From the human T2T-CHM13v2.0 reference genome, Homo sapiens, in assembly GCF_009914755.1 (NCBI RefSeq), contig NC_060929.1: a stretch of DNA of 64,000 nt; one strand, written 5' to 3'. Below, in pieces: positions 1 through 13,855 of this stretch. Both the position numbers and the translations under genes were made by a program. Below the pieces are notes generated by a model. It saw nothing but the letters and a program-made list of their open reading frames with translations, had not been told where the DNA came from and did not search any database. Positions within the stretch are counted from its first letter, which is position 1; each line of letters starts with the position of its first letter.

Positions 1-2029
1 ATTCATAGTCTGGGAATTATGTCATGTTGCTTATATAGAATTTATTTATTTATTTATTTACCTACCTATATGGGGAAACAGGATATAATTCACTTTTGAA
101 AAATATATTACTGCCATCTGCCTCACAATATAATTTCTTTTTGATGGCTAGAAATACTAAAGAAGAAGAAAAAGCATGATACACATCAGTGATTTTTAAA
201 GCAGTCTTTTGTCTGCCCCATGGTCATACATACCTGAGTGTTGAGTAGCTATAAATGAATTCCCATGGTTGGTTTAAAGATAGAGTCCCCAGTAACTAAA
301 TAACTGAGCTAATATAATTTGCCAGTTTTGGCTTCTGATATAACAGAGGCAATTGTTTAAGAAAGCGTAATGTGAAAATGTTTTAATTAAAAATAGCTGC
401 AAAGACAATTTAATTTGGTCATTGTGCTATATGTATACACATATATTATATAACATATACAATCTTTTATGTATAAAAATATATAGACAAATATCAATGG
501 ATCATTTTATTTATATTCATTATAAGTACTTAAGTAACTTGATAATTTTAACACTTATAAGTGTTACCTATATAGTAACAAGAGTGATTCTTCAAACATG
601 TATACCATATGCAAATTCAAACCAATGTTTCCTAAATATTTATTTCAATGAAAAAAATATAGTGAATTCTATTAGGATTAAAGACATTTTTGACATTCTC
701 TTTGGGAATTATCATTACAGGGCACTTCCAGTGTGCATAAGAAAACTGCCTCTTAATTTTATAGTTACTTCTCATTTTGACTCAAAATAGCATTCGCTAA
801 CTGGATCATCAACTTTAATCATCAGGCTTAATGCCAAAGGACTTTTGGCAGCTTCATAGAACTAGATAAACCTTCAACAGATGGAGATTTGTCATCAATG
901 AATTTCAAAAACATGTAGCAAAGGCTCTTTTGAAGGTAAGTTCAAGAGGGGAATCCCTGAAATGTTTGAACAATGGCAATATCCTTGAGATATTACTAGT
1001 ACGGAGCTCCCCACAGGCATCATTGAGAAAGGCTCAAACTCCATTACATTAATGGGTAAGTTCTGCTGTGTTCTAGCCAGTCTTTCTGCCTCTTTTCTCT
1101 TCGGTTCATGTGTGTTTTTAAAATAGTAAAACAAAATGTGTGTAATTTCCAGAGTCAATGTCAGAGGTTCACGCTCTGTTTAGACTTTTTGGTTGTGCAG
1201 ATTTTAACATAATTGCTAAAATGTCTCATCAGAAATAATGAAAAATAGTTATCGCTTTCACATTCCTTTAGTGCACATTCCTTTGCAGCATCCATGCAGG
1301 TGCATTAGAGATTTGATTTTTGGGGAACCTAATGAGGGTCAGACTGGTCAGCCTGTGGGTGCTACATCTGCAGTTTACTACCCCAATCCTCTGGTGCTGT
1401 GAGATGGGTCAGACTTGGCAGTGGCCAAGATTGATGTTATGTAGACTTTCGAGTTCATGAAGCAAAATCCAAGAATCTTACCTTCACTCAACATGGCTAC
1501 AACTGAATCTATCAGCTGTTCTTCCCTGATTTACCTCCCTGTACTTTCTCATCTGGTAACCTTCTAGTTATTCTTCAAGATTCCACTGTGATTTCTACTC
1601 CATGTGCAAGATTGCTTGCTGGAATGGAGAAAAGGTGAGTGTAGGGAAGGTAAAGAAAACACTCCCTCATTTAGCTATTAATTCATTAATTATCAATAAA
1701 CACTTTTTAGGGTGTCCATTGTGCACCAATCACACACTTGGGTCTCATGGATGAATATCACATTGCTCCTGCCCTCCAAGGGCCCACCACTGAGGGAAGG
1801 AGAGAGACAAGTAAACCAAGCACAATACAGTGTACAAATTATCACAGGATAGATGTATGGGCTTTTAAACACAGCTAAGAAGAAAAGGAATAGTAATTCA
1901 TCGGAATGAGGAAGTAACATTAGATATAGCTTTGGGACAGTGCACAGAATGTATGTAAAAAACTTTAAGTACTTTTGTAATTAATTTGAAAGAATCTGAT
2001 TGTGTTATTGTAAAAATGTTTAACAGCTT

Positions 2030-2365
2030 TCCAAGCCCATTATTGTGCCAGGATTATACTTCCTGCCCCACTGACACCAAGCTGATCTTGCAACCCACTT
2101 TGGCCAATGGCATGTGCATGGAAGAGATCTGTGGCATTTCTAAACAGAAGTTTTAAAAAATCACTGTGTGCCCCTGCCATCTCCCAATTTCTTCTGCCTT
2201 CTCAGGATGGGCAGCTCATTTAGGGTTGGTTCCAGAACAAAACGAACATATCAATATCATCCAGCCAAGAACAAGTAATGAGAGCAAGAAATAAGACTGT
2301 GGCTGTAGCAACTGAAATATCAGGGTGGTTTGTAACCTCAGCCTAATTAGTCAAAATAAGCTGAA
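2030..2365 (+). mobile_element. Old MaLR LTR (MLT1J/I-like), degraded
   Basis: MLT1-like motifs 'cacttt ggccaatggcatgtg', 'agcaagaaataag' and 'tttgtaacctcagcctaa'. Boundaries are approximate. Confidence 0.55.
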
Positions 2366-2979
2366 ACAAAGAAGCTCATCGTAGTCAGGGGCAGATTTTA
2401 AGAAGACGTGTATTTCTTTATTCAAAGCAGGCTGACACACGGATGTTGAGCTGGTAAAGGCTAAAGTATTTTGTAAAATAAAATGGTACCTTCTCTAACC
2501 TTTCATAAGGTTTTTGACAATAAGCTTTAAGATTCTCTGGCTGCCAAGTGAGGTGGGACTCTCCATGCCATGCCCCAATATTCCCTCAACCACACTGATG
2601 AGGAGATTTTGCCTATTTCCCTTCTCCATGTTCATTTCCCTGGCTCTGGGGTCTGTTCTCACACCTGTCTCTTCCCATTGTTACTCCCTTAGTAAGCAGT
2701 GCTTGAGAGTGCAGGTTGAGCTGGCAATGAAGTCTTTTGAATTTTCAATACATCTGGGTATTACTTCAAGTATCATTATAACAATAATACACTAAAGTTT
2801 GCAACAGAAATAATTGCAGCCACAATTCAAAGAACACTCTTTTGCAGTGGTAAGTCTCAAATGTGTTTTGTTTTGTTTCTGTATCAATATGGAGAGTAAA
2901 AAGGAAGAATGTAGAATAATGTAGTAGAATGTTGTAGTTTTGGAATATCCCTTTTTGGCGGGGGAGGTGGAAGGACATC

Positions 2980-3231
2980 CAGGCTAGAGTGCAGTGGCAC
3001 AATCGCTGCAACCTTGACTTCAGGACTCACACGATCCTCCCATTTCAGCCTCCTGAGTAGCTGATACTACAGGTGTATGCCACCATGCCCAGCTAATATT
3101 TTTTTAAATTTTGTAGAGATGGGGTCTTGCTAAGTTGCCTAGGCTAGTCTTGAACTTCTGGGCTCAAGTGATCCTCCCGCCTTGGCCTCCCAAAGCACTG
3201 GGATTACAGGAGTGAGCCACCATTCCCAGCA
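2980..3231 (-). mobile_element. Alu (AluJ-like), lacking its poly(A) end
   Basis: Antisense Alu: 'caggctagagtgcagtggc...ggctcaagtgatcctcccgccttggcctcccaaagcactgggattacagg'. Confidence 0.9.
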
Positions 3232-5249
3232 GCTAGGGAATATCAACAACAACAAAAAACTGCTCCCCAGGTGAGTCTGTTATAATTTTCTGCCTCCCAT
3301 CCACATGTTGTCTTCTGACCCCAAATCCAGATTGAAAGGCCCTGCTTCACATATGTGAGAGATTACAAATCAAAGAACAATGCTTTTGATGCATAAAAGC
3401 ATAAAAATACCATTAGCAGTCCTGTGTTCCACTGTGAACAGCATTAATGCCCTTCACCCAGAGTGTTCCAGCATCTTCCTGAGTTACCTGAGATCATCCT
3501 GCTTTGTACATGTTGCTGGGTTTATGCCTGTCTTCTTGTGAAGTTAGTAATAGTCCCCCTTTTACTACTTGAGACAGCAAATTATTTGATCACTCCAAAT
3601 CTAGGTTCATTACCAAGAAATGTTGAGGCCCAGGAAAAGTTTGTGCTGGAAATTTTCCACAGTGCTCCCTCACATTAAGCAGATATAGTTTTTCTCCCAA
3701 ATCGATTCCTTCTAACGTCGTTATAAAACTTTAAAAATGCTCTACCCAGTAAAACCTTGAACCCATTGTGCAAAAGTATTCCTTATTTAACCTTGGAGCC
3801 TTTATATGAATTTTTCATATTAAACTCCCTTACTTAACTCCCTCTTCTTACCTGCCACAAATATCTTTACTCATAGCATTCATGGCTTCCTTCATAGGAC
3901 AGAGAAATGTATCAAATGATTTTAGTTTAGGAACCAAAAGAACAACACTGTTTTCAGCACGTTAAAAATGCCTATATTCTAACATTGGTTAAATTATGTA
4001 GGTTTTCTCAGTCTGAAGTCTTATGTTGGTGGGGGATATGGCAGGGTGTGTAATTAGTTAAGAGTGGCAGGAAAAAAAAAACCACCTACTTTATGGTCCA
4101 CCCCCATTCCCAATCTCCACTACAAAACAGGGAGGAAGCTCCACAGAACTATGATTTCCTTGAATCACTTCAATTTGTACAACACTATATGCAGAACTTT
4201 TATGAAGCAAAGATTTGAACTATTAATAATAGCTAACATTGCAGCTACCCAAGGGCACACATATCTCTACCAAATGGAAGCTGACTAGCAGAATTCAGTT
4301 TCTATGTGTTTGCCATTTAGCAGTTATTTTTCCACCACTTGGGTTATAATGCACCATACTGACATCCAGAGCAATGCCATTTCTGCCTTATTTTAAGATA
4401 AAATGCTAAACCAAAAGCTCTATTCTGACTATGTAAATGATCGCCTTGTGCCAACTGATTAGCATTTTTAAGGCAAAAAATTTCAAAGAGATAGCATGTT
4501 ACACACATTACACTTAGCGTGAAAGCAAATAATATATTGGCTAATGTTTTTGTAGCACCACAGTCTTTCTCTGACCTATGAACTATAAGTAAGATGGAAT
4601 GTGTTATTTAAGATTTTTTCTCTAAAATAAGTTTCAATTCATAACAATAAGTTCACAACTCAATCACTCTGTCAGTATTGGCTGGTAACAAAAGGAACCT
4701 GGTGGGTCAGCAGTTTAGCACTGAGTACACTGTGTCCATCTAGTGGCCAAAAGGTGACTGAGTGCTCTAAAGAGGTTTCACAGCATAAAGAATAAAAGGC
4801 AAGGTGGCTGGTTTTTTAAAAACAACTTTAACCCAAACACTGTGCACACATTTTTAAATTCTAACAACTATTAATCAAATCACTTTCATTTTCTGCAAAG
4901 ACTACAGCAAACGTCCTTCTTCTTTCTTCTCAAATACTTGAGTCCCCACTTCCCACACACAGCAGATGATATTCCTACTCAAAGAGAAAATAGTAACCAT
5001 CAAAAAGGAACATTCTCCATGTCCAGCCATCAAAATGACAAACACATCTACTCCCACAGTCATCATTTCCATTTTCCCTCCTGTTACCAACTCGGGCAAA
5101 TCCTTCCACCTGTGCTTTGGTTCTTTGTCCTTCTCACATTCTCTGATACGCAGCTTCATCCATTTTTCCCTTACTCTTTTCCTCCTCTTTACCAAATCTT
5201 TTCCATAAGCACTTATTTTTCACTGTACAAAATAAGATCCCTCTCAATT

Positions 5250-6560
5250 CCTACTTCCCTATCCAGATACTTCTTACCTCCTCCTCACTCTGAGCATAAT
5301 TTCTTGAAATAATTTTGTTTATATTCACTATCTTGATTCTCCCTTTGTACTTACACCTCAACCCACTTCAATCTGGTTTATGCTCCTACTATATGGAAAT
5401 TTCTCCCATTGGGTCACCAACTGACTTGTGTTTCACTAAACCAATGAACATTTCTGAAGCTATTGGCCACTCCCTCCTTTCTGAAACACTCCTTTCCTTT
5501 GGCTTCCATAGCACCTAACTTTCTTGGTTTTCTTCTTAAGTCTCTGTTCATGTCTTTCATTTCAGCTTTGTCTTCAAATATTGGCAGTTCTTAGGCTTGA
5601 GACAGGACTCTCTTGTTCTCCTAATCTTGCACCCCCTTTAGTTGATTTTATTGACTCAAATAACTTCTATGACCATCTGTAGATGGATAGCTCCCCATCA
5701 ATTTCTTTGGTCTGCATCTGCCTCCTGAGCTCCAGACACATACAGCACACCTGACTCCTGGACAGCTCTCCCTGGGGATAACCGACATATACCTGAAGTT
5801 CAACCATGGAACTCTTCCTTCTCCAATATTCCTTCTCACTGTGATTAGAACCTCAGCTACCCAGTTGCTCTGTTTTGAATCCTGAAAATAATCCTAACCC
5901 TTTCCTCAATCTTGTTTCACAGAGTCTCTCAATTACCAAGACATGCAGACTCCACCTCCTACCTCTATCTCTCAGATAAGCTCACTTTCCTCCATTGCCT
6001 CTGCTATCATTCTGCTCCATACCAACACCACTGTCTGTAATAATCTTCTAAATGGTTCCCTGCTTGCATCCCAAGTAATTCTATACAATGCAGCCACTGA
6101 CTTTAAAAAACACAAATGCCCATGTCATTCCACTGTAATGTCTTCCAATGAGCTTGACAGCCCTCAAACATTCTTGACCTTCTTTCTCTTGTATGTCACA
6201 TTCCAGTTGTCTACATCTTTAGTTTCTAAAATATGCCTCATTTTCCTTCCCATTGCACATGATCTAGAAAAACCTTGTCCAATCCATGAGGCCCAGGACG
6301 GCCTTGAATGTGGCCCAACACAAACTGGTAAACTTTCTTAAAACATTGAGATTTTTTGTTTGTGATTCTTTTTTTTAGTTCATCAGCTATTGTTAGTGTA
6401 TTTTCTGTGTAGCCCAAGACAATTCTTCCATTGTGGCCCAGGGAAGACAGAAGATTGGACACTTCTGATCTAGAATATTCTTCCCCTCTCCATTGATACA
6501 TTTATATTCACACTTGAGGTTTTAGCCTAAATTTTACTTTCTCAGTAAACCTTCATTGAC
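5250..6560 (+). mobile_element. L2 LINE 3' fragment (RT remnant), interrupted by MER30
   Basis: 'ctcaacccacttcaatctggttt' reads LNPLQSG, the CR1/L2 RT 'PLQSGF' motif. It is followed by typical L2 sequence ('ggtcaccaactgac', 'cactccctcctttctgaaacact', 'ctcctgagctccagac'). Confidence 0.75.
6270..6467 (-). mobile_element. MER30 (hAT-Charlie MITE) with 8-bp TSD
   Basis: Matches recalled MER30 consensus ('ttgtccaa...tggcccaacacaaa...tggcccagggaag...agattggacac'). Perfect TSD ATCTAGAA at 6262-6269 and 6468-6475, the Charlie-type NTCTAGAN target. Confidence 0.9.
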
Positions 6561-6609
6561 TACTTCTAACATAAGATCCGCCTCTGCCACTCCTATCAAG
6601 GCTTTATCA

Positions 6610-7085
6610 AACAGCTTCCGACTAAGCTAAAAGAAACACTCTATGCATTTTAAAAGTAGTGTATTTAATAGATCTGATTCATTGCACTGGTGATGGAAGA
6701 GTTGAAATGCCAAATAGGGGACTGTGAGGCAACTTAGGGGTTAGAAACAACAGGAAGCAACTACCGCCCCTGGACTAGAGCTAAAAAGGAGGGCTGATGT
6801 ATGCAAGGATTAGGGTCACCTAGCTAAGGGTGAAGCCATGGAGGAGACACAGCTACTGCCTGAGGTGCTGCCTCAGGTAGAGAGAGTAAAACACTCTGGC
6901 TTCTCTCTTTCTGCCTCTCCCCAAATGTCCACCAGTGCCTCCAATGTGCTACATCTATCTAACAAAGGACATGGAAGTCTTGAGACCACAGCCTTCAGAG
7001 CGTAGCCTCCAACTATAAAGGGCAGAGAAAGGGCAATATGTGGTCTGAGAATAAATAGGTAAAAGGCCAACACAAAAACATTCAT
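6610..7085. mobile_element. Probable ancient LTR fragment (family unresolved)
   Basis: 'aaagaaacactcta...caacaggaagcaactaccgcccctgga' resembles old mammalian LTR consensus sequences. Recalled similarity only. Confidence 0.35.
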
Positions 7086-7199
7086 CACATTTAATGTCTT
7101 TACTCCTAAAGATTTTCTTCCAGTCCAAACTGTAAGAATCATGAGGACAAGGACTATGGCTTAACAGATTTTCTCTTTTAAATAGCAAAGTGACTGAAA

Positions 7200-8522
7200 C
7201 AGGCATATCTCATTTTATTGTGCTTTGTTTTGTTGTGCTTTGCAGAGATGGCTTTTTTTTTTTTTTAACAAAATGGTTTGTGGCAACCTTGTGTAGAGCA
7301 AGTCTATGGGTACCATTTTTCTAACAGCATGTGCTCACTTCATGTCTCTGTATCACATTTTGATAATTCTTGCAATATTTCAAACTTTTAAAATTATTTT
7401 AATACCTATTATGGTGATCTGTAATTGCTGATTGTTGATGTTACTATTGTAATTGTTTAGGAGTACCATAAGCCATGCCTATATAAGATGGCAAACTCAA
7501 TTAATGGGTGTTCTGACTGCTCCACCAACTGGCCATTCCCTATCTCTCTCTTTCTCCTCAGTCCTCCCCATCCCTGAGACACAGCAATATTGAGATTAGG
7601 TCAATTAATACAATGACCTCTAAGTGTTCAAGTGAGGTGAAGAGCAGCACATCTCTTACTTTAAATAAAAAGCTAGAAAAGATTAAGCTTGCTTAGTAAG
7701 GCATGTCAAAAGTCAAGACAGACAGAAAGCTAGGCCTCTTGTACCAAACAGCCAAGTTGTGAATGCAAAAGTAATATTCTTGAAGGAAATAAAAAGTGCT
7801 ACTCCAGTGAATACAAATGATAAGAAATTGAAACAGCCTTGTTGCTGAAGTGGAGAAAGTTTGAGTAGTCTGGATAGAAGATCAAACCAGCCACAACATT
7901 CCCTTAAGAAAAGCCTAATTCAGAACAAGGCCTTAACTCTCTTCAATTCTATAAAGATTGATAGAGATGAGGAAGCTGCAGAAGAAAAGGTTGAAGCCAG
8001 CAGAGACTGTCTCATGAGGTTTAAGGAAAATGCCATCTCCACAACACAAAAATGCAAAGTGAAGCAGCAAGTGCTGATATCAAAGCTATAGGAAGTTATC
8101 CAGAAGATCATTGAAACTACATTAAACAACAAATTTCAAATGTAGACAAAACAAACTTTTATTGGAAGAAGATGCCATTTAGCACTTTCACAACTAGAAA
8201 GAATAAGTCAATGTTTGGCTTCAAAGATTCAAAAGACAGGCTGATCCTCTTGTTAGGGGCTAATGCAGCTGAGGGCTTTAAGTTGAAGCCAATGTTCATT
8301 TACCAGTCTAATAATCCTGGGGCCATTCAGAATTACACCAAATCTATTCTGCCTGTGCTTGTGCCTGAAACAGCAAAGCCTAGATGGCAGCACATCTGTT
8401 GACAGCATGATTTACTAGATATTTTAAGCACACTGTTGAGAACTACTGCTCTTATATAAAGATTTTTAAAAATATATTACTGCTCATTGACAGTGCACCT
8501 GGTCATCCAAGAGTTCTGATGG
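7200..8522 (+). mobile_element. Tigger1 DNA transposon, 5' part
   Basis: Starts with the TIR 'caggcatatctcattttattgtgcttt'. ORF fragments 7861-8091 and 8172-8402 ([24 protein letters not shown]) are pogo/CENP-B-like transposase remnants. Confidence 0.92.
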
Positions 8523-8527
8523 ATACA

Positions 8528-10821
8528 TGATATGGTTTGGCTGTGTCGCCACCCAAATCTCATCTTGATTGTAACTCCCACAATTCCCACATGTCGTGGG
8601 AGAAACCTGGTAGGAGGTGATTGAATTATGGGGGACAGGTCTTTCCTGCAGCATTCTCATGATAGTAAATGAGTCTTACAAAATCTGATGGTTTTAAAAA
8701 CAGAAGTTTCCCTGCATAAGCTCTCTCTTTGCCTGCCGCCATCCATGTAAGACGTGACTTGCTCCTCCTAGCCTTCCGCCATGATTGTGAGGCCTCCCCA
8801 GCCCTGTGGAATTGTAAGCCTATTAAACCTCTTTTTCTCCCCAGTCTCAGGTATGTCTTTATCAGGAGCATGAAAACAGACTAATAGAGTAAACTGGTAC
8901 CAGTAGAGTGGTGCAGTGCCGAAAAGATACCTGAAAGTGTGGAAGTGACTTTGGAACTGGATAACAGGCAGAGGTTGGAACAGTTAGGAGGGCTTAGAAG
9001 AAGACAGGAAAATGTGGGAAAGTTTGAAACTTCCTAGAGACATGTTGAGTGGCTTTGACAAAAATGCTGACAGTGATATGAACAATAAGGTCCAGGCTGA
9101 GGTGGTCTCAGATGGAGATGAGGAACTTTTTGGGAACTGGAGCAAAAGTGACTCTTGTTATGTTTTAGCAAACAGACTGCTGGCATTTTACCCCTGCCCT
9201 AGAGATCTGTGGAACTTTGAACTTGAGGGAGGTGACTTAGGGTATTTGGTGGAAGAAATTTCTAAGCAGCAAAGCATTCAAGAGGTGACTTGGGTGCCGT
9301 TAAAGGCATTCAGTTTTATAAGGGAAGCAGAGCACAAAAGTTTGGAAAATTTGCAGCCTGACAATGCGATAGAAAAGAAAATCCCATTTTCTGTGGAGAA
9401 ATTCAAGCCAGCTGCAGAAATCTGCACAAGTAACGGGGAACCAATTGTTAACCCCAAGACAACGAGGAAAATGTCTCCAGAGCATGTCTGAGGTCTTCAT
9501 GGCAGCCCCTCTCATCACAGGCCTGGAGGCCTAGGAGGAAAAAAATGGTTTCATGGGTCAGGCCCAGGGTCACCATGCTGTGTACAGGCTAGGGACTTGG
9601 TGCCCTGTGTCCCAGCCACTTCAGCTGTGACTAAAAGTGGCCAAGGTACAGCTCAGGCCATGGATTCAGAGGGTGCAAACCCCAAGCTTGGCAACTTCCA
9701 TGTGGTGTTGAGCCTGCAGGTGCACAGAAGTCAAGAATTGAGGTTTGGGAACCTCTGCCTAGATTTCATAGGATGTATGGAAATGCCAGGATGCTCAGGC
9801 AAAAGTTTGCTGCAGTGGCAGGGCCCTCATGGAGAACCTCTGCTATGGCACTGTGGAAGGGAAATGTGGGGTTGGAGCCCCCACACAGAGTCCCTACTAG
9901 GGCACTGTCTAGTGGAGCTGTTAGAAGAGGGCTACCATCCTCCAGATGCCAGAATGGTAGGTCCACTGACAGTTTGCGCCATGTGTGGAAAAGCAGCAGA
10001 CACTCAACACCAGCCTGTGAAAACAGCCAGGAAGGAGGCTGCACCCTGCAGAGCCACAGGGGTGGAGCCGCCCAAGACCATGGGAACCCACCCTTTGCGT
10101 TAACATGACCCAAATGTGAGACATGGAGTTAAAGGAGATCATTTTGGAGCTTTAAGATTTGACTGCCCTGCTGGATTTTGGACTTGCATGGGGCCTATGG
10201 CCCCTTTGTTTTGGCCAATTTCTTCCATTTGGAATGGTATTTACCCAATGCCTGTACCCCCATTGTATCTAGGAAGTAACTAACTTACTTTTGATTTTAC
10301 AGGCTCATAGGTAGAAGGGACTCCCCTTGTCTCAGATGAGATGTAGGACTGTGGACTTTTGAGATAATGCTGAAATGAGTTAAGACTTTGGGAGACTGTT
10401 GGGGAGGCATGATTGGTTTTGAAATGTGAGGATATGAGATTTGGGAGGTACCAGGGGTGGAATGATATGGTTTGGCTCTGTCCCCATCCAAATCTCATCC
10501 TGAATTATAACTCCAACAATTCCCATGTGTCGTGGGGGAAACCCAGTGGGAGGTGATTCAATTATGGGGGCAGCTCTTTCCTGTGCTATTCTCCTGATAG
10601 TAAATGAGTCTCATAAGATCTGATGGCTTTAAAAATGGGAGTTTCCCTGCACAAGCTCTCTCTTTGCTTGCTGCCATCCATGTAAGATGTGACTTGCTCC
10701 TCCTTGCCCTCCGCCATGACTGTGAGTCCTTCCTAGCCATGTGGAGCTGAGTCCATTAAACCTCTTTTTCTTCCCAGTCTCGGGTATTTCTTTATCAACA
10801 GCATGAAAACAGACTAATACA
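8528..10821 (+). mobile_element. Full-length THE1 (THE1A/B-type MaLR): LTR 8528-8888, internal 8889-10462, LTR 10463-10821
   Basis: Two ~360-bp LTRs ('tgatatggtttggct...gactaata(c/g)a'). The internal part begins 'gtaaactggtaccagtagagtgg'. 5-bp TSD ATACA at 8523-8527 and 10822-10826. ORF 9012-9491 (MWESLKLPRD...) is a THE1-int ORF remnant. Confidence 0.95.
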
Positions 10822-10826
10822 ATACA

Positions 10827-11824
10827 CAAGATTCATGTTGTTTTTATGCTTAACACAACATTCTTTCTGCAGCCATGATTCAAAGAGTATTTCAAGTCTT
10901 ATTATTTAAGAAATACATTTGGGAAGGCTACTTTCTACAGTGATTCTTCTGATGTATATGGATAAAGAAAATTAAAAATCTGGATAGGAGTCACCATTCT
11001 AGATGCCATTAAGAACATTCATGATTCATGGGAGGAGGTCAAAATATCAACATTACCAGGAGTTTGAGAAAAGTTGATTCCAACCCTCATGGATAACTTT
11101 GAAGGGTTCAAGTGAAGGAATTAACTGCAGATATGGTAGAAATAGCAAGAGAACAAGCATTGGAAGTGGAGCCTGAAGATGTGACTGAATTGCTGCAATC
11201 TCAGCAACAAAGAGATGAGCAGTTACTTCTTATAGATGAGCAAAGAAAGTGGTTTCTCAAGATGAAATCTACTAATGGTAAAGATGCTATAAAAATTGTT
11301 GAAATGACAATAAAAGATTTAAAATATTATATAAACTTAGCTGATACAGCAGCAGTTGGGTTTCAGAGGATTGTCTCCAATTTTGAAAGTTCTACATTCG
11401 GTAAAATCCTATCAAACAGTATATTACATGTTGCAGAGAAGTCTTTTATGAAGAGAAAAGTCAATAAATGTGGTAAACTTTATTGTTGCCTGGTTTTAAG
11501 AAATTGCTACAGCTTCTCTGACCTTCAGCAACCGCCACCCTGATCAATCAGTAGCCATCAACGTCAAGGCAAGACTTCCCACCAGCAAAAAGATTACTAC
11601 TTGCTGAAGGCTCAGATGATCATAAGCACTTTTTAGCAAGGCAATATTTTAAAATTAAGGTATGCACGTTGTCTTCTAGACATGCTATTGAATACTTAAT
11701 AGACTATAGTGTAAACATAACTTTTGTATGTACTGGGAAACCAAAATGTGTGTGACTCACTTTATTGGAATATTCACTTTATTTTGGTCATCTGAAACCC
11801 AACCTACCATATCTCTGAACCCTA
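10827..11824 (+). mobile_element. Tigger1 DNA transposon, 3' part
   Basis: Continues the transposase (ORF 11112-11543 'ELTADMVEIAREQALEVEPEDVTELLQS'). Ends in a degraded TIR 'tgaaacccaacctaccatatctctga'. Confidence 0.9.
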
Positions 11825-11920
11825 TACTTAAGAGATGTTCAGGAAAAGTTGGCTGAATGGGTAAATGAACACAATACCATTGTTCACATTTGCAGATGGT
11901 GCAAATGAGACCTATAGAAT

Positions 11921-12230
11921 TCACGTCTGTAATCCCAGCACTTTGGGAGGCCGAGGCAGGTGGATCACCTGAGGTCAGAAGCTCAAGACCAGCCTGGCCA
12001 ACATGGTGAAACCCCATCTCAAGTAAAAATACAAAATAAAAATGGCTGGGCATGGTGGTGGGCGCTTGTAATCCCAGCTACTTTGGGAGGCTGAGGCAGG
12101 AAAATCGCTTGAACCCAGGAAACGGAGTTTGCAGTGAGCTGAGTTTGTGCCATTGCATTCCAGCCTGGGCAACAAGAGTGAAACTCTGTCTAAAAAAAAA
12201 GAAAAAGAAAAGAAAGAAAGAAAAACAGAA
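11921..12230 (+). mobile_element. Alu (AluSq/Sp-like), slightly 5'-truncated, within a MIR remnant
   Basis: 'tcacgtctgtaatcccagcactttgggaggccgagg...gggcaacaagagtgaaactctgtct' plus an A-rich tail. Confidence 0.93.
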
Positions 12231-13714
12231 AGACAAAATAAGACAAGAAAATAACGACCTACAGTCCCACAGCTAGGAAAATGTGAACCGTTAATGTGAC
12301 TCTAATCTGACTCCTTATTCTTGTTACTGGACCATATTGACTTCTGATCTGCTTTCTTATTATTTTGCCTTCTAATACACTATGATACATGGATTTAAAA
12401 AGAACACTCAGCCATTCTGTGGTTTTGATACATAGTGCTGAAATCACATCTTTGATTCTTTTACTATTTATGCACTTAATGAACATTTATTAAACATGTA
12501 ATAAATTTGATAAACCAAAAACTGTGTAGAAAGAAACTATTAATTTTGTTCATCATTGTATTACCAGAACTTGGGACATGTCTTGCACATCATAAGCCTT
12601 CAATACATATTTGGTGAAAGAATCATTGCATAAGTAAATTTCAATGACACTAACTGCTTAAGATACAGAGAGAGCTCTTGACATTAAGGAATTCTCAGTG
12701 AAACCTCACTGGAAATAGTCTATGAATTAATTAAGAGATACTGAAGGATTTTGAACTGCAGAGGACATACCACTGAAACAAAGTAGGCGCTACTTGCCTG
12801 CTTTCTGAATCTGCTTTGTTTGTTCTCTCAGGCTCTGTCTGTGGCTGGAATCCCTACACCTTCTATCGTTGTTGAACTGCTTTGCATGTTAAAAAATAAC
12901 ACATTTTGGGAATTAACTGTACGATTGGTTAAGCAAGGGGATAAAAACAAACCCAGATTGGTACCTTGTTAACCTACAACGATTTCTGGACCAGGTAAAT
13001 CCTCAATCTCTCCTCTGCCAAAAGAAAATGACAACGCATAAAAATAATGCAGAAAGCTTAACTGACATAGTTCTGTCAGTGTTACTACTCTGGATCTGCA
13101 ATGAAATCTGATTGCTTGCACTTACATGAAACTTTCTCATGGATATTGCAGCATCCTTCCCCAATCTCATATTTTATTGGCAATGCAAGAAGACATAATT
13201 TGCATGAGATGCAGAAAGTGGTAAATTAGAAAAATTAACTACGAAGTTGTTTGCCAATAGAGGTTTATATTTATCTTAGTATAAATAATTTAATGTGTAT
13301 TTTCCTTCATGATTGAATTTATAATGAATATTCGATGATTAATTTATTTTTATAGAATAAAAACTGTTTTTAATGGCCCTTTTAACTGTACTCTCTAGCT
13401 TTGGTTTCAGTGTTATCAAAGCAGAAACATTTACTCCATTTCTAAGTATTTTGAGAAGATAATTCTGTTAAAGTTTAAACAATAGTGTTTTTAAAAACCA
13501 GGTGAACTTTTTCTCCTTACCCTGTCTTATGTACTGAAAAAACCAGGTTAATTTTTAAAAGTATTCATTTGGGAAGCAACTTTCTGAGAGGCGAAATATT
13601 CTTACATCAGAAAAGACAGAAGCAGAGGCTAGTGCCTGGAATGTGTTTGTCTCTATCTCGGTAGTTCCAACAGTGCTTACCTGTTTCACATTCTATACAT
13701 TTTGGCTTCAAATC

Positions 13715-13855
13715 CAGTGGTTGTCAACTCTGGATGTACCTTGCCTTGAACCCTAACTCTGGCAATTTAATAGAATCAAAATCTCTCCAGGCTGGGGCCA
13801 GGTATCAGTATTTTAATATTACCCAGGTGAAGCTAATGTCCAGCCAAGGTTTCAC
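13715..13855. mobile_element. MER5-like hAT-Charlie MITE
   Basis: 'cagtggttgtcaac...gaatcaaaatctct...ggggccaggtatcagtatttt...ccaggtga..ctaatgtccagccaagg'. Confidence 0.65.

Noticed and set aside
422-790. 122-aa ORF
   Set aside because: AT-rich, low-complexity I/Y/N-biased translation with a non-ATG start. A chance ORF.
9012-10142. Long ORFs (159 and 168 aa) in 9-10 kb
   Set aside because: They lie within the THE1 internal sequence and are fragments of the decayed element ORF or alternate frames, not a host gene.
11112-11543. 143-aa ORF resembling TIGD1/Tigger transposase
   Set aside because: It is part of a frameshifted Tigger1 copy that is split by THE1 and has internal deletions, so it is not a domesticated gene.
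13675-13690. Isolated strong minus-strand donors (CAG|GTAAGC at ~13680; also ~1480, ~17705 and ~59993)
   Set aside because: No convincing paired acceptor or reading frame. Such 9-mers are expected by chance in 64 kb.
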